From Vicinamibacterales bacterium (GTDB taxonomy: Bacteria > Acidobacteriota > Vicinamibacteria > Vicinamibacterales > UBA2999): 64,000 nucleotides of DNA. A program made the position numbers and the translations under genes. Below the pieces are notes generated by a model that was not told the DNA's origin, ran no database searches, and was given only the letters and a program-made list of their open reading frames with translations. Positions 50,633 through 58,133 of this stretch are shown piece after piece; position 1 is the stretch's first letter; each line of letters begins with the position of its first letter. Location of the stretch: positions 437,524 through 501,523 of the forward strand of contig JBFWNR010000004.1 in the NCBI GenBank assembly GCA_050250955.1. Direction: 5' to 3'.

Positions 50633-51333
50633 AGGGCGCGCCGTCGCGGCCCCACCTCCGCGCCTCGGGCGACGGGCTGGTGCTGGTGGAGTTCGAGCCG
50701 GTGCTCGATCCGGCCGTCAACCGGCGCGCCGTGGCGGTCGCCCACGCCATCGCCGCGGCCGGGCTGGCCGGCGTGCGCGATGTCGTTCCGGCGTACGCCT
50801 GCGTCGGCATCCACGTCGATCCGCTGCGCCTCGACGCCGGCGCGCTCGAACGGGCCGTGGCCGACGCCTGCCATGCCGCCGCCGACACGCACGCCGACGC
50901 CGACGGCCGCCTCATCGAGATTCCCGTCTGCTACGGCGGCGCTCACGGCCCGGACCTGGACGAGGTCGCCGCCTTCGCCGGACTCGACCCCGCCGAGGTC
51001 GTCCGCCGGCACAGCGAGGCGACCTACCGCGTCTACATGCTCGGCTTCCTGCCGGGCTTCGCCTATCTCGGCGCGGTCGATCCGGCGATCGCGATGCCGC
51101 GGCGCCAGGCGCCGAGGCCGGCGGTGCCCGCGGGGAGCGTCGGGATCGCCGGCCGCCAAACCGGTGTCTATCCGGCAGTGAGCCCGGGCGGGTGGCGGCT
51201 CATCGGGCAAACGCCGCGGCGGATGTTCGACCCGGCACGACTGCAGCCGGCGCTCCTGTCCGCGGGGGATCGGGTGCGCTTCGTCCCGGTCCCGGCCGAG
51301 GCGTGGGACCGCCACGTCGAGGGGCCGCAGTGA
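50629..51333 (+). CDS. pxpB: 5-oxoprolinase subunit B-like protein (KipI / allophanate hydrolase subunit 1 family)
   Basis: GDGLVLVEF, VVPAYACVGIHVDP, IPVCYGG, YRVYMLGFLPGFAYLG, AGSVGIAGRQTGVYP. GTG overlaps the mpl stop (GTGA). Confidence 0.8.
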   Translation: MKGAPSRPHLRASGDGLVLVEFEPVLDPAVNRRAVAVAHAIAAAGLAGVRDVVPAYACVGIHVDPLRLDAGALERAVADACHAAADTHADADGRLIEIPVCYGGAHGPDLDEVAAFAGLDPAEVVRRHSEATYRVYMLGFLPGFAYLGAVDPAIAMPRRQAPRPAVPAGSVGIAGRQTGVYPAVSPGGWRLIGQTPRRMFDPARLQPALLSAGDRVRFVPVPAEAWDRHVEGPQ

Positions 51334-52286
51334 GCCGCGGGCAGCTGACGGTGGTGCGGCCCGGGCTGCAGACCACCGTGCAGGACCTCGGCCGCTGGGG
51401 CCACCAGGCACTGGGGGTGCCGGTAGCCGGTCCGATGGACGCCTACGCGCACCGGCTGGCGAACGCCATGGCCGGCAACCCCGACGACGCCGCGACCCTC
51501 GAGATCACGCTCATCGGGCCCGAACTCCTCGCCGATCGGCCCGCTCGCCTGGCGGTGGCCGGTGCGACCTTCGACGTCGCCGTCGACGGCGAGCCCGTGG
51601 CCGGCGGCGGCGCGTTCGACGTGCCGGCTGGCGCCCGGGTGAGCTTCGGTCCGCGCCGCGCCGGCGCCCGCGCGTATCTGGCCGTGGCGGGCGGGATCGC
51701 CGTCCCGCCGGTGCTGGGCAGCCGGGCCACGCACCTGCCCAGCGGCATGGGCGGTGTGGCCGGGCGCGCCCTCCGTGCCGGCGACGTCCTGCCGATCGGC
51801 GCCGCGGCGGGGCGTCCGCTGCGGTCCAGCCTGGCGGCGTCTCCTCGGTATCTGCCCGGACGCGGCCACGCCCGTCTGCGCGTGCTGCCGGGACCACAGG
51901 ACGGCTGGTTCACCAGCCAGGCGCACGAAGCGCTGACCGCCGGCGCCTTCACGGTCACGACCGCCTCGAATCGCATGGCCTTCACGCTCGACGGTCCGCC
52001 GCTTCCGGTGGCGCGGGCCGGCGAGCCGTTGTCGGAGCCGGTGCCGTTCGGGGCGATTCAGGTACCCCCTGGCGGAGCGCCGCTGCTGCTGATGGCCGAT
52101 CGACAGACGGCCGGCGGGTACTTGAAGATCGCCACGGTGATCCTCGCCGACCTGCCGGTCGCCGGCCAGCTCGCCCCGGGCGACGTGATCGCGTTTGCCG
52201 TCTGCAGCCGCGCCGACGCCCTGCGCGCGCTCATCGAGCGCGAGCGCGACCTGCTGCGGACGACCAGCGGAGCGGCGGCCTCATGA
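51330..52286 (+). CDS. pxpC: 5-oxoprolinase subunit C-like protein (KipA / allophanate hydrolase subunit 2 family)
   Basis: RPGLQTTVQDLGRWGHQALGVPVAGPMD, LEITL.GPEL, AYLAVAGGI, GAIQVPPGGAPLLLMADRQTAGGY. GTG overlaps the pxpB stop (GTGA). Confidence 0.8.
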   Translation: MSRGQLTVVRPGLQTTVQDLGRWGHQALGVPVAGPMDAYAHRLANAMAGNPDDAATLEITLIGPELLADRPARLAVAGATFDVAVDGEPVAGGGAFDVPAGARVSFGPRRAGARAYLAVAGGIAVPPVLGSRATHLPSGMGGVAGRALRAGDVLPIGAAAGRPLRSSLAASPRYLPGRGHARLRVLPGPQDGWFTSQAHEALTAGAFTVTTASNRMAFTLDGPPLPVARAGEPLSEPVPFGAIQVPPGGAPLLLMADRQTAGGYLKIATVILADLPVAGQLAPGDVIAFAVCSRADALRALIERERDLLRTTSGAAAS

Positions 52287-53230
52287 GCGACTTCGCAGCC
52301 GCCCTGGCGGCAGCGCTGCCCGACGTGCCGGTCGCGGCGGCGGTGCCGCTGGCGCCGTTCACCACCTTCAAGGTCGGCGGTGCGGCCGAGTGGCTGATCG
52401 AACCGCGCGACGGCGCGGCGGTGGCCGCGGCGCTGCGCATCGCGCACGCCCACGGCGTGGCGGTCACGCTGCTGGGGAGCGGATCGAACGTCCTCATCGC
52501 CGATGCCGGCATTCCCGGCCTGGTCATTCGTCCGCGCGGCGGCACGATCAACCTGGTGGGGCGGGACCTGGTGCGCGCCGATGCCGCGGTGACCATCAAC
52601 GGGCTGGTGCGGTGGACGATTACCCACGGCTGCGCCGGGCTGGAGGCCTGGGCCGGCACCCCTGGCACGGTGGGCGGCGCGATTCACGGCAACGCGCACT
52701 GGCGGACGGCGAACATCGGCGACCTGGTCGAAAGCGTGCGGCTGGCGTCCCGCGACGGCACGCTGCGTCAGGTGACCGCCGATCGGCTCGAGTTCGCCTA
52801 CGACACCAGCCGGCTGCAGCAGAGCGGCGAGGTGGTGATCTGGGCCGCGTTCCGGGTCCGGCCCGGCGCCGACCCGGACGCGTTGCGCTCGGTCGCCCGC
52901 GAGTCGCTGGCCTTCCGCAAGCGCACCCAGCCGCTGGCGTCGCCGAGCGCCGGCTGCGTCTTCCAGAATCCCCAGCCCGGCCGCGACGCGCTGCCGGCCG
53001 ACATGCCCTGGTCGGCTGGCGCGCTCATCGACCGCGCCGGTCTGAAGGGACAGCGCGTCGGCGGCGCCCAGGTATCCACCACGCACGGCAACTTCATCGT
53101 CAACGACGGCACGGCGACGGCTGCCGACATCGACGCGCTGGTCGGCCGCTGCCGTGACGCCGTGCGCGACCGGTTCGGCGTCCATCTGCGCGAGGAGATC
53201 GTCCGGCTCGGCCCGTGGCCGGCGGCATGA
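52283..53230 (+). CDS. murB: UDP-N-acetylenolpyruvoylglucosamine reductase
   Basis: LAPFTTFKVGGAAEW, LLGSGSNVLIAD, GTPGTVGGAIHGNA, PSAGCVFQNP and GGAQVSTTHGNFIVN motifs. ATG overlaps the pxpC stop (ATGA). Confidence 0.9.
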   Translation: MSDFAAALAAALPDVPVAAAVPLAPFTTFKVGGAAEWLIEPRDGAAVAAALRIAHAHGVAVTLLGSGSNVLIADAGIPGLVIRPRGGTINLVGRDLVRADAAVTINGLVRWTITHGCAGLEAWAGTPGTVGGAIHGNAHWRTANIGDLVESVRLASRDGTLRQVTADRLEFAYDTSRLQQSGEVVIWAAFRVRPGADPDALRSVARESLAFRKRTQPLASPSAGCVFQNPQPGRDALPADMPWSAGALIDRAGLKGQRVGGAQVSTTHGNFIVNDGTATAADIDALVGRCRDAVRDRFGVHLREEIVRLGPWPAA

Positions 53231-53234
53231 CCCC

Positions 53235-54488
53235 ATGTCCACACTGATCATCGAAGGCGGCCACCGTCTGGCCGGCGTCGTCGACGTCGAAGGCAACAAG
53301 AACGCGGCGCTGCCGCTGATGGCGGCGACCCTGCTGACCCGCGAGCCGTGCACGCTCGCCAACGTGCCGCGGATTGCCGATGTCGAGGTGATGGCCCGGC
53401 TGCTGCTCAACCTCGGCGCCGAGGTCGACGGCATCGGCAGCACGACCCTGCGCATCCAGTGCCGCGAGGTGCGGACGCACGAGCCGGACCGCTCGCTGGT
53501 CGGGCGGCTGCGCGGCTCGGTGCTGCTGCTCGGGCCGCTGCTGGCGCGCACCGGCCGGGCCTGGGTGGCGCCGCCGGGCGGGGACTTTCCGGCCCGCCGC
53601 AGCATCCGGACCCATCTCGACGCCCTGCGGGCGATGGGCGCGGTGCCGGTCGAGGGGCCGGGCCACCGGCTGGAGGCGCCAGACGGCCTCCGCCCGGCGT
53701 CGATCTACCTCGACGAGGCCTCGGTGACCGGCACCGAGACCGCCATTCTCGCCGCCGCGGCGGCGCCCGGGATCTCGGAGATCCGTCACGCCGCCTGCGA
53801 GCCGCACGTCGTGGAACTCTGCGAGTTCCTGCGCGCGATGGGGGTCGGCGTCAGCGGGGAAGGGTCGCACACCATCCGCGTCGAAGGCGGCGGTCGGCTG
53901 GGCAGCGCCGAGAAGACGTTGTACGGCGACTACATCGAAGCCGGCAGCTGGGCGGTCGTGGCCGCGATCACCGGCGGCGAGATCGAGATCCGCGGCGCGC
54001 GCGCCGTCGACATGGAAGTGGTCACCGCGACGCTGCGCAAGCTGTCGGTGCGGTGCCGGCAGGAGGCCGACCACTACCTGGTCGAGCCATCGGCGCTGGC
54101 CGGGGCCGGTCGCATCACCACCGGACTCTGGCCGGGATTTCCGAGCGACCTGGTCAGCCTGGTGACGGTGCTCGCCACCCAGGCCAACGGCGCGACGCTG
54201 GTCCACGACTGGCTCTACGAGCTGCGCCTGTTCGCGCTCGAGCAGATGAGCGGCATGGGCGCCGATCTCTTCCTCTGCGACCCGCACCGCATCATCGTCA
54301 CCGGCCCGGCGCGGCTACGCGGCAAGGTGCTCGACAGCCGCGACATCCGCTCGGGCATGGCGCTCATCGCCGCGGCGCTGGCGGCGCACGGCGAGAGCCG
54401 GGTCGAGCCGCTCGAGACGGTCGAGCGCGGCTACAGCCGGCTGGTCGAACGTCTGCAGGGACTGGGCGCGAAGGTCGCGAAGGTGTAG
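53235..54488 (+). CDS. murA: UDP-N-acetylglucosamine 1-carboxyvinyltransferase (Asp variant at the Cys115-equivalent position)
   Basis: IIEGGHRLAGVVDVEGNKNAALPLMAATLL, LRGSVLLLGPLLAR, PPGGDFPARR, TGTETAILAAA, FPGFPSDL, RDIRSGMALIAAALAA. ATG 53235. Confidence 0.9.
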   Translation: MSTLIIEGGHRLAGVVDVEGNKNAALPLMAATLLTREPCTLANVPRIADVEVMARLLLNLGAEVDGIGSTTLRIQCREVRTHEPDRSLVGRLRGSVLLLGPLLARTGRAWVAPPGGDFPARRSIRTHLDALRAMGAVPVEGPGHRLEAPDGLRPASIYLDEASVTGTETAILAAAAAPGISEIRHAACEPHVVELCEFLRAMGVGVSGEGSHTIRVEGGGRLGSAEKTLYGDYIEAGSWAVVAAITGGEIEIRGARAVDMEVVTATLRKLSVRCRQEADHYLVEPSALAGAGRITTGLWPGFPSDLVSLVTVLATQANGATLVHDWLYELRLFALEQMSGMGADLFLCDPHRIIVTGPARLRGKVLDSRDIRSGMALIAAALAAHGESRVEPLETVERGYSRLVERLQGLGAKVAKV

Positions 54489-54493
54489 GTCGC

Positions 54494-56332
54494 TCAGCGG
54501 CCCGGCGGGCGCGGCGGCGGCTTGACCGGCGTGGCGGTGCCGGGGATCTGCGGGACCGGGCGGAGCACGGGTGCATCCGGCGCGTCGGCCGCGCCGCCCG
54601 GGGGCCGCGCCGCCGGCGGCGCCGGCACGTCGATCGGCGCCGGGGCGCCGCTGTCGCGCCCGACCTTGAACGCCCGCACGTCGGCCTCGTTGAGGTCGAG
54701 CACCCGGACGATATGCGGCGTCAGCGTCAGGATGATGTCGGTTTCCTGGATCTGGGTGCGGTTGAAGGCGAACAACCGTCCGATCACCGGGATGTCGCTC
54801 AGGCCGGGGACACCGGACAGCACCTTGCGCTCCTCGTCGCGGATGAGCCCGGCCAGCATGTTGGTCTCGCCGTCGCGCAGGCGGATCACCGTCGAGATCG
54901 AGCGGTTGCCGAAGGTCGGCAGGTTCCCGAAACCGGTGCCCGAGATGCTGCTGACCTCCACTTTCAGGGTCAGTGAGACGTCGTCGTCGTGGTGGGTGCG
55001 CGGCGTGATGTCGATGTTGACGCCGATGTTCTCGTAGTTGAACGAGGTGATCGGCTGGGTCTGGACGCCGCCGGCGGCGATCGGCGCGAAGGTGGTGACC
55101 GGCACCGGCACCCGCTCGCCGAAGCGGGCCTGCGCGGCGATGCCCTCGGAGGTGCGCAGCTGCGGGTTGGCCAGCGTGCGGGTGTTGCTGTCGGTCTTGA
55201 GCAGCCGATAGAAGAGGCCGGGCAGGTTGGTGAGCAGCACGTCCGAGGAGGTCAGGTTGCGCAGGTCGCGCAAGGTCAGCCCGTCGCTGCCGCCGACGCT
55301 GACCTGGCCGTCGATGCCGGTCGGGCTCTCGGTGGGCGACGCCACCTGGAGGCCGTAGTCGCGCAGGCGCGTGCGGTCCACCTCGAGCAACTCGACGTCG
55401 ATCACGACTTCGGGGCGGGCCTTGTCGAGGGCCTGGATGATGCGGCCGGCGGCAGCGACCCGCTCGGGGGTGTCCTTGATGGTGATGGCGTTGGTGGCCG
55501 CGGTGGGCGCCAGGCGGCGCGCGTCGACGACGATGCGCAGGACGTCGACCGTCTCCTTGAGGTCGGCGTTGCTCAGGAAGAACGTCCGGACGACCTCCTC
55601 TTCGTACTCGCGGCGCTTGGCAGCGGTGTCGGGGACCACCGCAACCGTTCGCGGCGCGGTGACCCGCCAGAAGTGGCGCGTGCTCGTCGCCAGCGACGTC
55701 AGGGCCTGATCGATCGAGGCCTGGCGCAGGTCGACGCTGACCGCCTGGTCGCGGAAGCCCGGGTCGAAGACGACGCTGAGGTTGGCGAACTTGCCGATGG
55801 CCGTGAAGACGTCGCGGGCGCTGGCGTCGCGGAAGATGAGCGTGTCGGGCAGGGTGACGTCGTCGGGCACGTCGGCGCCGGGCAGCGGCGCGGCGAGGCT
55901 GTCGGTGATGAGCGACTCGAGCGTCGTGCGGCCCTCGCGGTCGGTGGCGATCTTGGTGCGCAGCTGGGTACGCAGCGCCCGCAGCTCGCTCTGGATGTCG
56001 CCGTTGGCGGGGTTCAGCTCGGCGGCGAGCTGGAACTCGATGAGCGCCTCGTCGGTACGGTTGTTGGCCAGGTGCCGACGGGCCCGCACGACGTGGTCCT
56101 GCGAGGCCCGCAGCTTGGCGCGGTCGAGCGACAGCCGGACGGTGCGATCGTCGGGGCGGGCGCGCAGCGCCTTCATGTACTCGGCGACCGCCAGGTCGTA
56201 GTCCTGCTGCTGCTCGGCCAGCCGGGCGTTGGCGATGGCGCCCGAGCTGGCGCAGCCGGCGGCCAGCAGGGTGGCCAGGGCCAGCAGCGCGAGTCGCCGG
56301 GGGAAGCGGCGGCGAGCGGGTTCGCGGCTCAT
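54494..56332 (-). CDS. Secretin-family outer-membrane channel (GspD/PilQ-like) with N-terminal lipobox and TPR-like region
   Basis: From ATG 56332: MSREPARRRFPRRLALLALATLLAAGC (lipobox), TPR-like helices, two secretin-N domains (VVRTFFLSNADLKETVDVLR...ITIKDTPERVAAAGRIIQALD), and a secretin C-domain (ANPQLRTSEG...VPGLSDIPVIGRLF...ETDIILTLTPHIV). The upstream part of the track ORF is non-coding. ATGA overlap with the LolA-like gene. Confidence 0.85.
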   Translation of the reverse strand: MSREPARRRFPRRLALLALATLLAAGCASSGAIANARLAEQQQDYDLAVAEYMKALRARPDDRTVRLSLDRAKLRASQDHVVRARRHLANNRTDEALIEFQLAAELNPANGDIQSELRALRTQLRTKIATDREGRTTLESLITDSLAAPLPGADVPDDVTLPDTLIFRDASARDVFTAIGKFANLSVVFDPGFRDQAVSVDLRQASIDQALTSLATSTRHFWRVTAPRTVAVVPDTAAKRREYEEEVVRTFFLSNADLKETVDVLRIVVDARRLAPTAATNAITIKDTPERVAAAGRIIQALDKARPEVVIDVELLEVDRTRLRDYGLQVASPTESPTGIDGQVSVGGSDGLTLRDLRNLTSSDVLLTNLPGLFYRLLKTDSNTRTLANPQLRTSEGIAAQARFGERVPVPVTTFAPIAAGGVQTQPITSFNYENIGVNIDITPRTHHDDDVSLTLKVEVSSISGTGFGNLPTFGNRSISTVIRLRDGETNMLAGLIRDEERKVLSGVPGLSDIPVIGRLFAFNRTQIQETDIILTLTPHIVRVLDLNEADVRAFKVGRDSGAPAPIDVPAPPAARPPGGAADAPDAPVLRPVPQIPGTATPVKPPPRPPGR

Positions 56333-56994
56333 TGGGTGATGACGTCCACGCCCTTCGGCACGCGGAAGGTGAAGATCGTATCGGCCGGTCGGCGGTTTTC
56401 CCGTAGGTTCCTGAACACGAAGGTCGAGCGGCCGCCCTGGCGGTCCAGCGCGACCAGCTGGTGAATCTGGAAGGTGGCGGGGTCGACGGACACCGCCAGC
56501 CACTCGAAGTCGGGGTCCGGCTTCTTCGCCACGAACTTGACGCCGAGGTGGCCGGGGAGGGCCCCTGGCATGTCCATCGCCGACGCCTCGAAGTCTCGCA
56601 CGAGATTGGCCTGACCGGTGAGGAACAGCGCCGGGGTGGTGTCGGCGCCGGTCGGCGCCGGGCTGACGATGACCTGCTTGTCGGCGGGGAAGTAGGCGTA
56701 GATCTTCGTGCCGTCGGACACGAACTCCTTGCGTTCGGGGGCGGTGTAGACCCAGCGCATCCGGCCGGGGCGCTTGATGATCACCGTGCCGCGCTCGGTG
56801 GTCCGGGTCCTGAGGACGCCGCCCTCGTAGGTCTGGGTGAAGTCGGCCTCGAAGTCCTCGACGCGGTCGTAGCGGGCCTGGATGAGGCGGGCCAGCTCGG
56901 CCGGCGTCCGACCGGCTGGCGCCTGAGAGGCCGCCAGGGCCGGCACCAGCGCCACGCTGGCCACGAGGGCGAGGCGGAGCCCGAACCCGATCAC
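56329..56994 (-). CDS. LolA-like outer-membrane lipoprotein carrier protein
   Basis: GTG 56994 with a signal peptide (VIGFGLRLALVASVALVPALAA), then LIQARYDRVEDFEADFTQTY......GTVIIKRPGRMRWVY...EFVSDGTKIYAYFP......STFVFRNL, the LolA fold pattern. Track ORF 56329..57273 runs through the tRNA gene, so its N-terminal third is spurious. Confidence 0.75.
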   Translation of the reverse strand: MIGFGLRLALVASVALVPALAASQAPAGRTPAELARLIQARYDRVEDFEADFTQTYEGGVLRTRTTERGTVIIKRPGRMRWVYTAPERKEFVSDGTKIYAYFPADKQVIVSPAPTGADTTPALFLTGQANLVRDFEASAMDMPGALPGHLGVKFVAKKPDPDFEWLAVSVDPATFQIHQLVALDRQGGRSTFVFRNLRENRRPADTIFTFRVPKGVDVITQ

Positions 56995-57028
56995 GAAACC
57001 AGTATACGGGGTGCGCCCGGCAAAGGAA

Positions 57029-57104
<76 letters not shown>

Positions 57105-57148
57105 ATCTGACGGCCAGGCGCGTTGTCCACGGACGGGACAACCCACGA

Positions 57149-57157
57149 ATTCTAGCA
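57149..57157 (-). promoter_or_regulatory. Extended -10 element TGCTAGAAT upstream of tRNA-Ala
   Basis: The reverse strand reads ctGTGCTAGAATtcgtgg, the same 10-mer (GTGCTAGAAT) as upstream of tatA. The predicted start is about 38 nt before the mature tRNA 5' end. The leader contains the perfect hairpin GTTGTCC-N7-GGACAAC (57122-57142). Confidence 0.45.
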
Positions 57158-57170
57158 CAGCCGCCCGGGG

Positions 57171-58133
57171 TCAGCCGAGCCAGGCGTGCAGGGTGTACTC
57201 GGCGCGCACGTAGTGGAAACCGGCCACCTCGTAGATGCGGATGACCGCGAAGTTGTAGTTCTGGGTCTGGCACTCGCTCACCGCGCCGGCGGCGTGCGCC
57301 CGCTGCGACCCTTCCTGGATGAGCCCGGTGTAGGCGCCGGGGCTGTCGCGGCGGACCGCGCCCAGGCCGCCGCCGAAGAGCGGCATCGCCAGGCGCGACA
57401 CCGGCTCGCGGCGGCGGTAGGCGAGGTAGCCGCTGATCGCGCCGCCGCTGTCCTCGGCGACGATGACCGTGTCAGCCAGGCGGCGCTCGGCGCACCCACG
57501 GGCCCACTCCAGGTACAGCGCGTCGGCCCGTTCCGACGACAGGTGCGGGTCGAGATGGAAGCGCCCGCGGTAACCGCGATAGGCCTCGGCGGTGATCGCG
57601 ACGATGGCGGCCGTGTCCTCGGGCGTCGCGTCGCGGATCGTGCCGACCGGCCGCACCTCCGGGTGGGGATCCTTGCCCGGCCGCATGATGTAGGTCACCA
57701 GGGCGTCCATGGTCCGGAAGCCGGCGCCCTCGAGCACGCCCATGGTGCGCAGGTCGGCGACGTCGACGCGGGCAGCCAGATGGCGCACCCCGGCGGCGCG
57801 GGCCGCCGCCATCGTCGCGGCGAGCGCCGCCTCGAGGTGTTCGGCGGTGGCCTCGGGGCTGGCCAGCATCACGTCGAGGCGCCCCATCGGCACCCCGAAG
57901 AACTGCGAGTCCCAGGGCAGCGGCCGGGCGACCACCGCGGCCTCTTCGCCATCGCGGGTCACCCACTGGCCGAACGGCTCCGCGGCCAGGGCCTCGTCGA
58001 TCTCGGCGGCGAGGACGGCCGCCTGCTGCTTGCGCGTGCAGGTCCGATAGTGGCGGTAGGCCTTGAACGCGTAGGCGTCGACCAGGGCGAGGAGACGCTC
58101 GCGCGGCACGGTATGGAGGGGAGAGGACGTCAT
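57171..58133 (-). CDS. GNAT-family N-acetyltransferase (two-domain, WecD-like layout)
   Basis: From ATG 58133 (ATGA overlap with the upstream gene). N-terminal domain, then a GNAT core (RDATPEDTAAIVAITAEAY...VIVAEDSGGAISGYLAYRR...GAYTGLIQEGSQRAHAAGAV...NFAVIRIYEVAGF). Confidence 0.7.
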   Translation of the reverse strand: MTSSPLHTVPRERLLALVDAYAFKAYRHYRTCTRKQQAAVLAAEIDEALAAEPFGQWVTRDGEEAAVVARPLPWDSQFFGVPMGRLDVMLASPEATAEHLEAALAATMAAARAAGVRHLAARVDVADLRTMGVLEGAGFRTMDALVTYIMRPGKDPHPEVRPVGTIRDATPEDTAAIVAITAEAYRGYRGRFHLDPHLSSERADALYLEWARGCAERRLADTVIVAEDSGGAISGYLAYRRREPVSRLAMPLFGGGLGAVRRDSPGAYTGLIQEGSQRAHAAGAVSECQTQNYNFAVIRIYEVAGFHYVRAEYTLHAWLG

